Source: an uncultured Solirubrobacterales bacterium
GTDB taxonomy: Bacteria > Actinomycetota > Thermoleophilia > Solirubrobacterales > 70-9
Length of the DNA stretch: 64,000 nt
Direction: 5' to 3'
NCBI GenBank assembly: GCA_963709475.1
Contig: CAVPWI010000009.1
Location: forward strand, 276,625-340,624
The position numbers were made by a program, and so were the translations under genes. Below, in pieces: positions 52,364 through 61,473 of this stretch; within the stretch, counting starts at the first letter, position 1, and every line of letters starts with the position of its first letter. Under the pieces are notes generated by a model that was given only the letters and a program-made list of their open reading frames with translations, was not told the DNA's origin and searched no databases.

Positions 52364-54794
52364 CTAACGCTCCAGCGGCGGGATGTCTTCGTCGTCGGTG
52401 GCTTCCCAGTCCTGGATGAACTGAAGCCTCCACATCAGGCTCGCCGCCACCAGTCCCAGGGCTGCCGAGAGCATGGTGATGAACCACTGGTCGGCGCTCA
52501 GCATCGACATCTCGAAGAACTCCCGCAGAGGGCGTCACCGCGAGGATTCCGGCGAACAGGGCACCGAGACCGGCGACCATGGCCAGCATGTAGCTCTGGA
52601 TCGCGATGTGATCCCGCCCGGGACCGCGTTCGAGCAGCAGAACGAAAGAAAGGCCGAGCACGATCAGGGTCGTCGTCGCCGCCGTCCGTCCGTCTTCGAG
52701 TGAGCCGCCGAGGACCGCGTCGATCAGGAAGAAGGAGAGGATGGAGGCGAGCGCAGTGGCCAGACCCGCCGGCAGGGCGAATGCCCCGAGGGCCCTGAGC
52801 AGCCGGCCGCGGTAGAGCGGTCCGTCGCTCGGTGCCAGGGCCAGCACGAAGGAAGGGATGCCGATGGTCAGCAGTGCGGCGAGAGTGAGGTGTCGCGGCA
52901 GGAAGGGGAAGGCGAAACCGGGGACCGATACCAGCAGGATCAGGGCTGCCGCGTAGACGGTCTTGGTCATGTAGAGCCGGCCGAGGCGGTGGATGTTCCG
53001 GGCGATCCTGCGGCCCTCGGCCACCGCTTCGGGCAGTCGTGCGAACTCGTCCTTCAGCAGGATCACATCGGCGACGCTCTTGGTCACCTGGCTTCCCGAT
53101 CCCATGGCTACGGCCATGTCCGAGCTCTTCAGGGCCGGTACGTCGTTGACGCCGTCGCCGATCATCGCGGTGTAACAGCCCGCCGCCGAAAGCGCGGCGA
53201 CCAGCTGCTTCTTCTGCTCGGGCTTGATTCGGCAGAAGATGGTGTTCTGGCGGGCGACCTCGGCGAGTTCTTCCGGGCCTTCGGGCAGGTCGCTGCCGAC
53301 CACGACGCCGGCGTCTTCCGGAATCCCCACCTTCTGGGCAACCGATACGACGGTGGCCCTGGCATCGCCGGAGATCAGCTTCAGGTCGACGTCTTCGCTG
53401 CGCATCAACTCGATCGTGTCGGTGACTCCGGGGCGCAGATTCTCCGAGAGCACGACCAGGGCGATCGGTTCGAGCCCGGGAGGAGGGCCGTCCTTCGGTT
53501 CGGACGGCAGGGCCTGGCCGGTCTGCGCCAGGGCGACCACACGATGGCCCGCAGCGGTCTCGACTTCGAGTCGCTCGGCCATCGCTTCGGGAAGGGTCAG
53601 CACGCCCGACTCGATCATCACGTCCGGCGCTCCCAGGACCAGGGTTACTCGATCACCTTCACGATCGAAGGTCAGGCCGCTCCACTTCCATTCGGAGGAG
53701 AAGACGACCTCGTCTAACACCCTTTCGGCTGAATCCGGGAATTCAGCCGCAATCGCCTCCAGGGTCCGGTTCTGTTCCCCGGCATTGGCGGCGAATGCCC
53801 CTAGCTCGCGGCCGGCCAGCTTGCTTTCGGTCACATAGGCGGCTTCGATGCCGACCAGGCTGAGGTTTCCGTCGGTCAGGGTCCCGGTCTTGTCGACGCA
53901 GATCGTGTCGACCGAAGCCAGCGACTCGGTGGCGCTCATCTGCTGGACCAGGGTGTCGCGTTTGGCCAGCTTGACCGCGGCAACCGCGAAGGTCACGCTC
54001 ATCAGCAGGACCAGCCCCTCCGGGATCAGGGTGATCAGGCCCGCGGTGGCGGTCTGGGCCGCCTCCACCAGGTCAACCTGGCGGATGATCAGCGACCCGA
54101 TCTGGAGAACGGCAAGCGGGATCAGCACGTAGGTGCAGGCGACGATCACCCGGTTGACTTCGAGCTGAAGCGGGGAAGGCGCATGACGGAAGGCCTTGGC
54201 CTCGCCGGCGATGCGCCCGGCATAGCTGTCGTCCCGCACCGCGGTCGCTTCGCAGTAGCCGGATCCCGAAAGAACGAATCCGCCGGAAAGCACCTCGTCA
54301 CCTTCGGACTTGGAGACGCCGTCGGACTCGCCGGTGAGCATCGACTCGTCGAGGGTCAGACCGCGGGACGAGACCACCCGGCCGTCGGCAACCAGCTGGT
54401 CACCCGGGACCAGCCGGATCAGGTCACCGGGCACGATCTCGTCTGCCAGGAGGTCGCTCTCATCGCCGTCGCGGACGACGGCGGCCCGCGGGGCGACCAG
54501 GATGGCGAGGCGGTCCAGGGTCTCCTTCGCTTTCATCTCCTGGCGGATGCCGATCCATGAGTTGACGATCGCGATCAGGCCGAAGATCGCGTCAGCGAAA
54601 AGCCCCAGGGACAGAATGAGGATGAAGAAGACGCCGACGATGGCGTTGAAGAGCGTGAAGACGTTGCCGGCGACGATGCTCGAGGTCGAGCGCGATGAAT
54701 GTGGCTCGGCCGGACCGAGCTCGCCGAGCCGCCGCTGCGCCTCGGCGGCGGAGAGTCCCTGTTCCGGCAGGATCTCGGTTTCAGTTTCCGACAC
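52364..54794 (-). CDS. P2-type cation-transporting P-type ATPase (CtpE-like) with an apparent 1-nt frameshift near 52521-52537
   Basis: Motifs TGES, ICVDKTGTLT, IPEGL and GDGVNDVPAL, with a GTG start at 54794. The conserved C-terminus (EFFEMSMLSADQWFITML...PPLER*, stop at 52364-52366) lies in a different frame from the body. The total length of 2431 nt is 3n+1. Confidence 0.75.
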
Positions 54795-54856
54795 TCGCTG
54801 ATTGTGCCGGTTTCGCAGGTCGTCCGGGAGCGGTCGCTTCCCTATATGGTGGGCGA

Positions 54857-55903
54857 ATGTCGCTAAAGCTTGGTTTGTACCTCGGATACTGGGGCATCGG
54901 CCCGCGTGGTCAGGAAGCACTTGACGCGGTCCAGTTCGCCGAAAAGGCTGGTTTCGAGTCGGTCTGGGTGGCCGAGTCATACGGCTCCGACGTGGTCAGC
55001 GTGCTGTCCTGGCTGGCCGGTCAGACCGAGAAGATCAAGCTCGGGGCCGCGATCATGCAGGTGCCGGCGCGCCCCCCGGCTGCGGCAGCGATGGCCGGGG
55101 CCACGATCGACGCCCTCTCCGGTGGACGATTCATGTTCGGCTTCGGACCTTCGGGCCCTCAGGTTTCCGAGGGCTGGTACGGAGTTCCCTACTCGAAGCC
55201 GTGGGGACGCACCCGCGAGTACGTCGAGGTGGTGCGCGAGATCATCGCCCGCGAAGGCAAGCTCGACCACCAGGGCCAGCACTACCAGCTGCCCCTGCCC
55301 GACGGCCAGGGCAAGCCGCTGAAGCTCAACTTCAAGCCGGACCGCGACTACATCCCGGTATTCCTCGGAGCCATCGGACGCAAGTCGGTGGAGATCGCCG
55401 CCGAGATCGCCGACGGGTGGATCCCGATCTTCTTCAGCGTCGACAAGTTCGAGGAGGCCTGGGGAGAGCACATCGAAACCGGCCTCGCCAAAGGCAACCG
55501 GACCCGGGAAGACTTCGAGATTTCCCCCTCGGTCCAGGTCGCCATCGACGGCGACCTCGAGTCGGCCCGCAACATGGTCCGTATGGGACTGGTCCTCTAC
55601 CTCGGAGGTATGGGCAGCCGCAAGACGAACTTCTACGTCGACCTGGCACACCGCTTCGGCTTCGGTGAAGTCGCCGACGAGGTCCAGGAGCTCTTCCAGG
55701 CCGGCGACAAGGAAGGTGCCTTCGGCGCCCTGACCGACGAGCTCGTAAACGCTGTTTCGCTGATCGGCACCGAGGACGAAGTCGCCGAACGGCTCGCACG
55801 CTTCAGGGAGAACCGGATCGACCGCCTGATCGTCACACCGGTACACACCGATCCGGCAGAGCAGCAGCACACGGTCGCGCGCCTGGCCGAACTCGTCAAG
55901 TGA
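54857..55903 (+). CDS. LLM-class (luciferase-like) F420/flavin-dependent oxidoreductase
   Basis: Start re-set to ATG 54857. AEKAGFESVWVAESYGSD and GGRF.FG.G patterns. Confidence 0.75.
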   Translation: MSLKLGLYLGYWGIGPRGQEALDAVQFAEKAGFESVWVAESYGSDVVSVLSWLAGQTEKIKLGAAIMQVPARPPAAAAMAGATIDALSGGRFMFGFGPSGPQVSEGWYGVPYSKPWGRTREYVEVVREIIAREGKLDHQGQHYQLPLPDGQGKPLKLNFKPDRDYIPVFLGAIGRKSVEIAAEIADGWIPIFFSVDKFEEAWGEHIETGLAKGNRTREDFEISPSVQVAIDGDLESARNMVRMGLVLYLGGMGSRKTNFYVDLAHRFGFGEVADEVQELFQAGDKEGAFGALTDELVNAVSLIGTEDEVAERLARFRENRIDRLIVTPVHTDPAEQQHTVARLAELVK

Positions 55904-55961
55904 GGTCAGGCCCCGGAATCCCCGGAAGGCTCTCTTTGATTAGGCTGACCTCGTCTTGTCG

Positions 55962-57080
55962 ATGAAGATCGGAGTACCGAAAGAGACCGCTGAAGGGGAG
56001 CGCCGGGTCGCCCTGGTGCCCGACGCCGTCCGCTCGCTTCTGAAGCGGGAGGGCGTCGAAGTCGTGGTCGAGTCGGGTGCCGGTGACGCCGCCGGCCACC
56101 CCGACGAGCAGTACACCGAAGCAGGCGCGACCGTCTCCGACCGCTCCGGGGCTTTCTCGGGTGACGTCGTGCTGTCGGTTGCGGTGCCGACGACCGGTGG
56201 CATCGGAGACCTGCATTCCGGTCAGGTTCTGATCAGCCACCTCTCGCCCTGGACTTCGGCCGAGACGAATAACGCCCTGGCCGGGGCCGGCGTCACCGCC
56301 TTCGCAATGGAAGCCGTCCCGCGTACCACCCGCGCGCAGGCGATGGACGCACTCTCTTCCCAGGCCACAGCCGCCGGTTATGCCGCGACGATGATTGCCT
56401 CCCGCGAGTCGGGCCGGTTCTGGGGAATGCTGACAACCGCCGCCGGCACGATCCGTCCGGCCAAAGTGCTCGTCCTGGGTGCGGGTGTTGCCGGACTGCA
56501 GGCGATCGCCACGGCCAAGCGACTGGGTGCGATCGTCACCGGCTTCGACATCCGCCGCGCCGCCTGGGAGCAGATCGGCTCGCTCGGCGGTCGTCCGCTC
56601 GAACTCGACTTCATCCCCGACGCCGAGGGTGAGGGCGGATACGCCCGCCCGCTCACGGAAGAGGAGAACGAGCAGGTGCGTCAGGCACTTGCCGAGAACG
56701 CCACCCGTCAGGACGTGATTATCACCACGGCCGCGATTCCGGGCCGTCCGGCACCGCTTCTGATCACCGCCGAGGCCGTCGCCAACATGGCTCCTGGTTC
56801 GGTAATCGTCGACCTCGCCGCCGAGACCGGCGGCAACTGCGAGTTGACCGAGGTCGGCCAGACGGTCGAGTCCGGCGGCGTCAGGATCGTCGGCCCGACC
56901 AACCTCGCCTCCGATCTCCCCGGCCACGCTTCTCAGCTCTACGCCAAGAACCTCGAGAACCTGCTCGGCCTGATGATCACGGATGAAGGCAGCCTGACCC
57001 TGAACTTCGAAGACGACATCATCGACGCCGCCTGCATCGCCCATGAAGGCGAAGTCCGCGGCGAAAGGACGGCCAAGTAA
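55962..57080 (+). CDS. pntAA: NAD(P) transhydrogenase subunit alpha, part 1
   Basis: MKIGVPKE...GERRVAL.P start and an alanine-dehydrogenase-like fold with VLVLGAGVAGLQAIATAKRLGA. A TTG at 55956 is an alternative start. Confidence 0.9.
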   Translation: MKIGVPKETAEGERRVALVPDAVRSLLKREGVEVVVESGAGDAAGHPDEQYTEAGATVSDRSGAFSGDVVLSVAVPTTGGIGDLHSGQVLISHLSPWTSAETNNALAGAGVTAFAMEAVPRTTRAQAMDALSSQATAAGYAATMIASRESGRFWGMLTTAAGTIRPAKVLVLGAGVAGLQAIATAKRLGAIVTGFDIRRAAWEQIGSLGGRPLELDFIPDAEGEGGYARPLTEEENEQVRQALAENATRQDVIITTAAIPGRPAPLLITAEAVANMAPGSVIVDLAAETGGNCELTEVGQTVESGGVRIVGPTNLASDLPGHASQLYAKNLENLLGLMITDEGSLTLNFEDDIIDAACIAHEGEVRGERTAK

Positions 57081-57436
57081 TGGACCTGGTTACCGAGATC
57101 ACGATTCTCGTTCTGGCCGCCTTTGTCGGTTTCGAGGTGATCTCGAAGGTTCCGGCGACCCTCCACACGCCGTTGATGTCGCAGACGAACGCGATTCACG
57201 GCATCGTCCTGCTCGGCGGCCTGATCGTCGTCGGTTACGCCAACAGCACCCTTGACGAAGTGATCGGATTCGTCGCGATCGTCTTCGGCACGGTCAACAT
57301 CGTCGGCGGCTTCATGGTCACCGACCGGATGCTCGAGATGTTCGGAACCAAGAAGAAGAAGCCCGAGCCCGAAGCGTCCCCCGCGAAGGCTGACGCCGGC
57401 TCGGCGTCCGAAGGCGAAAAGGACCCGGCCAAGTGA
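57080..57436 (+). CDS. pntAB: NAD(P) transhydrogenase subunit alpha, part 2 (membrane)
   Basis: The start overlaps the pntAA stop. LHTPLMS.TNAI.GIV and TVN..GGF.VT.RML motifs. Confidence 0.9.
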   Translation: MDLVTEITILVLAAFVGFEVISKVPATLHTPLMSQTNAIHGIVLLGGLIVVGYANSTLDEVIGFVAIVFGTVNIVGGFMVTDRMLEMFGTKKKKPEPEASPAKADAGSASEGEKDPAK

Positions 57437-58959
57437 GCGTTCTGGCAGCACTCGATCCCACCGGAGCAGCCGTCGGCCTGCTCTACATCGTCGCTTTTTC
57501 GCTGTTCATCTACGGCATCAAGCTGGGCACCCATCCGACCACGGCTCGCCGCGGAAACGGACTGGCCGCAGTCGGCATGGCGATCGCCGTCGTCACGACC
57601 CTGGCCCAGACGGGCATCGGCAACTGGGGCATCATCATCGGCGGCATCGTCGTCGGCTCGCTGATCGGGGCGGTCGCCTCGAAGCGGGTCAAGATGACCG
57701 AGATGCCGCAGATGGTCGCGCTCTACAACGGGCTCGGCGGAGGCGCCATCGCCCTTATCGCCTGGGCCGAGTACCGCCACTGGGTCCATATCGAGAAACT
57801 GCTTTTCGGATCGGACGGATCCACGGGCTCCCTCGACCAGGGCATCGCCGAGGCGGACAAGGCCGGGCTGACCGGCAAGGTCGCAGAGAACTTCGGGATC
57901 TCGATCTCGGTTCCGCTGGAGATCCTGATCCCGACCCTGCTGGCGATGATCATCGGCTCGATCTCCTTCTGGGGTTCCAACGTCGCCTTCGGCAAGCTGC
58001 AGGAACTGATCCCGAGCCAGCCGATGGGCCTCCCCGGCCAGAAGATCATCAACGGGCTGCTGCTGCTCGTGCTTGTTGCCGGATGCGTCTACCTGGGCTT
58101 CAACAACGACCTGGCCGACCTCAACCAGCCGGTCTTCATCCTGATGCTGGTGGTGGCGGCGGTACTCGGAACGATGGTCGTGCTACCGATCGGCGGCGCC
58201 GACATGCCCGTAGTGATCTCGCTGCTGAACGCCTTTACCGGCCTTTCCGCTGCCGCCGCCGGAATCGCGCTCGACAACACCGCACTTATCGTCGGCGGCA
58301 CCCTGGTCGGCTCTTCGGGCACCATCCTCACTCTGGAGATGGCGACCGCGATGAACCGCTCGGTCCCGAACATCCTCTTCGCCGGCTTCGGAGCCCCGGT
58401 GGCGGGTGGTGGCGACCAGGAGCAGCGGCCGCATCAGTCGATGGGCGCGCAGGACGCCGCCATCCAGCTGGCCTACGCCGATTCGGTCGTGATCGTCCCC
58501 GGATACGGACTGGCGGTCGCCCAGGCCCAGCACGCGGTGCGTGAGATGGCCGATGAGCTCGAAAAGCGTGGGGTCACGGTCGAGTACGCGATCCACCCAG
58601 TGGCCGGCCGCATGCCGGGCCACATGAACGTCCTGCTGGCCGAGGCCGACGTGCCGTACGAGAAGCTGCGGGAGATGGACGACATCAACCCCGAGCTGCC
58701 GCAGACCGACGTCTGCGTCGTGATCGGCGCCAACGACGTAACCAACCCGGCTGCCAAGACCGACGAATCGAGCCCGATCTACGGCATGCCGATCATCGAG
58801 GTCGGGGAGGCCCAGCAGTGCCTGGTCCTCAAGCGCTCGATGAGCCCCGGGTTCGCCGGTATCGACAACGACCTCTTCTATGACCCGAAGACCTCGATGG
58901 TCTTCGGCGACGCCAAGGCGATCGTTTCCGACATCGTCGCCGAGCTCGGCACGCTTTAG
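57433..58959 (+). CDS. pntB: NAD(P) transhydrogenase subunit beta
   Basis: The start overlaps the pntAB stop. Multi-TM N-half and a dIII domain (PGYG.AVAQAQH...L...GV.V.YAIHPVAGRMPGHMNVLLAEA). Confidence 0.9.
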   Translation: MSVLAALDPTGAAVGLLYIVAFSLFIYGIKLGTHPTTARRGNGLAAVGMAIAVVTTLAQTGIGNWGIIIGGIVVGSLIGAVASKRVKMTEMPQMVALYNGLGGGAIALIAWAEYRHWVHIEKLLFGSDGSTGSLDQGIAEADKAGLTGKVAENFGISISVPLEILIPTLLAMIIGSISFWGSNVAFGKLQELIPSQPMGLPGQKIINGLLLLVLVAGCVYLGFNNDLADLNQPVFILMLVVAAVLGTMVVLPIGGADMPVVISLLNAFTGLSAAAAGIALDNTALIVGGTLVGSSGTILTLEMATAMNRSVPNILFAGFGAPVAGGGDQEQRPHQSMGAQDAAIQLAYADSVVIVPGYGLAVAQAQHAVREMADELEKRGVTVEYAIHPVAGRMPGHMNVLLAEADVPYEKLREMDDINPELPQTDVCVVIGANDVTNPAAKTDESSPIYGMPIIEVGEAQQCLVLKRSMSPGFAGIDNDLFYDPKTSMVFGDAKAIVSDIVAELGTL

Positions 58960-59013
58960 CTCTTGCCTTTCGGCTGAAGCAGCTGCCCTTGTGTAGGGCT
59001 GCGGGGGCGGGTG

Positions 59014-59150
59014 GCGCCCGGGAGCCCCCAGGACCCGCCTGGCGGCGTCGACGCTCGGGTCACTCGCTCATTGCCGGACGGCGAATCGCTTCGTGCCCTC
59101 GCTTTGCTCCTTGCCAGACGTGCCCTGGACGTCCCCCGGGCACCACCCGC
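59014..59150. repeat. structured intergenic repeat, copy B (about 135 nt)
   Basis: Same element as 48597..48733 in the same orientation. Shared blocks include GTCGACGCTCG, CTCGCTCATTGCCGGA, AATCGCTTCG, CTCGCTTTGCTCCTTGCCA and TGCCCTGGA. Lies between convergent pntB and HPF. Confidence 0.7.
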
Positions 59151-59190
59151 AGCGGGGTTCTACTGGTCCATCCGAGTTCATATGTCGCGG

Positions 59191-59967
59191 CTAGGGGGTG
59201 GCGGGGCTGATCAGTCCGTAGTGGCCGTCGTAGCGGAGGTAGATGACGTTTCCGCGCCCGGTCTCGGCGTCGGTGAAGTACATGAACCTGTGGTTCAGGG
59301 CGTTCATCTCGGCGACGACGTCCTCCAGTTCGCTCGGACCGTCCATCCGGCTCTCCTCGTGGACGATTCCGTCGGTCTCGCCCGACCAGCCGATACCACT
59401 GGGACCGATCACGCCGAGCCGGCCATCGTCACGGTGGTAGGCGACCGCGTCGGCGCCGGTTTCGGCATCGTTGAACAGGTAGAAGTCGTGATCGAGGAAC
59501 TCCATCTCTTCCGCCGCTTCGGCCGGCGTCAACGGACTGGCCGCGAAGGTCTTTCGCCGGGATATCTCGCGCTCCTCGGGCGGGCGGGTGAAGTGCCGCG
59601 GCCTGGCCTCGGAGAACTGGGCCTCGCGCCACTCTCCGGCGGCTCGTTCCCGGCCCCTGCGGGCGATGTCCCTGCGCCGGTCCACCCAGTCGCGCAGCTT
59701 GCGCTCCAGCCTTTGGCCCAACTGGTTGATCGCACCCATCGGCTCGATGTCGGCGACGCTGGCCCGGATTATCTGGCCGTCGAGGCTGATCTCGGCCTCG
59801 GCTCGTGATCCGTGCTCGATCCTCGGGTTGGATTCCTGGGTCAGCACGACGCGGGCGCCGCTGATCGGATCGTCTATCAGCCGGTCAACGGTTCCGATCC
59901 TTTCCTTCGCGTATTCCGAAACTTCAGGACCCACGTCGCCCCGCACTGTCACGTCGACTTCAACCAT
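59191..59967 (-). CDS. HPF/RaiA-family ribosome hibernation factor with two C-terminal S30AE_C-like domains
   Basis: Start re-set to ATG 59967, preceded by AAAGGAA. An N-terminal S30AE fold is followed by two copies of the pattern EM..L.H.F..F.DAETG....V.Y.R.DG..G.I.P. Confidence 0.75.
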   Translation of the reverse strand: MVEVDVTVRGDVGPEVSEYAKERIGTVDRLIDDPISGARVVLTQESNPRIEHGSRAEAEISLDGQIIRASVADIEPMGAINQLGQRLERKLRDWVDRRRDIARRGRERAAGEWREAQFSEARPRHFTRPPEEREISRRKTFAASPLTPAEAAEEMEFLDHDFYLFNDAETGADAVAYHRDDGRLGVIGPSGIGWSGETDGIVHEESRMDGPSELEDVVAEMNALNHRFMYFTDAETGRGNVIYLRYDGHYGLISPATP

Positions 59968-60244
59968 CGGCAGTTCCTTTCTCGTAGAACCCGCCACCTT
60001 AGTAGAGGCGCGTCTGTGCTCGACCCTGCGGGAGCCCGGAGCGCAACGGTTCGCCGCAATGACCTGGCTGGCGGCTGCCCCGGGTGCGGGGGCGTGGGCC
60101 GGACGTGGAGGCATCGATGGCAGAAGGGTATGTTGGGGTCGATGATCGACCGTGTGGCAATGGATGGGATCGCGCAGGTTGACCGGACTCCGATGGCCGT
60201 CGTTCGGACCCTGGCGGCCGGCGGCCAGGACTAGGGCCGGCTCA

Positions 60245-61084
60245 ATGTCCGGCGAACCCGAGCTGAGTGAAGTCATCCTGGGTGACAACCTCGAGATCCT
60301 TCCGGGTCTTCCAGACTGCTTCTTCCAGATGATCTACATCGACCCGCCATTCAATACGGGGGCGACACAGACGCGCCGGAGGGTGACGACCGTCGCCGAC
60401 GAGGACGGTGACCGGACCGGCTTCGGTGGAAGGCGCTACCGGACCGAGCTGCTCCAGAGTTCCTCCTACCGGGACAGCTTCGATGACTACCTGACTTTCC
60501 TCGCACCCCGGCTGGAGGAGGCCCACCGGTTGCTGGACGACACCGGCACCCTCTACTTCCACATCGACTATCGCGAGGCTCACTACTGCAAGCTGCTACT
60601 GGACGAGATATTCGGTCGCGACGGCTTTCTCAACGAGATCATCTGGGCTTATGACTATGGCGGCAGGAGCAAGCGCCGGTGGCCGGCCAAGCACGACACG
60701 ATCCTCGTCTATGTCAAGGATCCGGAGCGCTACTTCTTCAACTCCGAAGAGGTCGATCGTGAGCCCTACATGGCCCCCGGCCTGGTCACGCCCGAAAAGG
60801 CGGCCCGGGGCAAGCTGCCGACCGATGTCTGGTGGCACACGATCGTGCCGACCAACGGATCAGAGAAGACCGGCTATCCGAGCCAGAAGCCCGAAGGCAT
60901 CGTCAGGCGGATGGTTCAGGCTTCAACCCGGCCGGGCGACTGGTGTCTGGACTTCTTCGCCGGCAGCGGGACGCTGGGCGCGGTTGCGGCCAGGCTGGAC
61001 CGCCGCTACATCCTGATCGATTCGAATCCGGAAGCGGTCGAAACTGCCGCAGCGAGGATCGGTTCGATCAACCCGCACGGCTGA
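60245..61084 (+). CDS. beta-class DNA (N6-adenine or N4-cytosine) methyltransferase, solitary
   Basis: Start re-set to ATG 60245. Motif IV IYIDPPFN precedes SAM motif I LDFFAGSGTLG, and SQKPE is present. No restriction-enzyme-like neighbour. Confidence 0.8.
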   Translation: MSGEPELSEVILGDNLEILPGLPDCFFQMIYIDPPFNTGATQTRRRVTTVADEDGDRTGFGGRRYRTELLQSSSYRDSFDDYLTFLAPRLEEAHRLLDDTGTLYFHIDYREAHYCKLLLDEIFGRDGFLNEIIWAYDYGGRSKRRWPAKHDTILVYVKDPERYFFNSEEVDREPYMAPGLVTPEKAARGKLPTDVWWHTIVPTNGSEKTGYPSQKPEGIVRRMVQASTRPGDWCLDFFAGSGTLGAVAARLDRRYILIDSNPEAVETAAARIGSINPHG

Positions 61085-61110
61085 CCGATCCGGCGAAGCC
61101 GGGCCGCGGG

Positions 61111-61362
61111 TCAGTCTTCGTTCTTGCGGTGCCGGTTGAGGATCGGGGCGAGGTAGCCGATAGCCGCACCGACCAGGGCGGCGCCTAGAAGCAGCAGGAT
61201 CAGGGGTGCATCCGTACTGACGAAGAGCAGGTTGAAGTCGACCGTCTGCGAATTCTGGAGCACCACGATCAGGAGCAGGGCGACGGCAGCCAGCAGCGCC
61301 CAGCGCTTCCAGTTCGTATTAGTTTCGGCGGGGTCGTTGTGGGACCTGACTGGACTCGGCAT
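61111..61362 (-). CDS. LapA-domain (DUF1049) small membrane protein
   Basis: 83 aa with two TM segments flanking VVLQNSQTVDFNLLF. Confidence 0.65.
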   Translation of the reverse strand: MPSPVRSHNDPAETNTNWKRWALLAAVALLLIVVLQNSQTVDFNLLFVSTDAPLILLLLGAALVGAAIGYLAPILNRHRKNED

Positions 61363-61473
61363 GGCGCAACCTTACCGCGCCTCCCGGAGGCGTCCGTATT
61401 CAGTCACCAGACGTATTCATTCTCGTTGCATGCCGCGAGCCATCCGTTGGCCGGACCGACCTAGCGTGAACGT

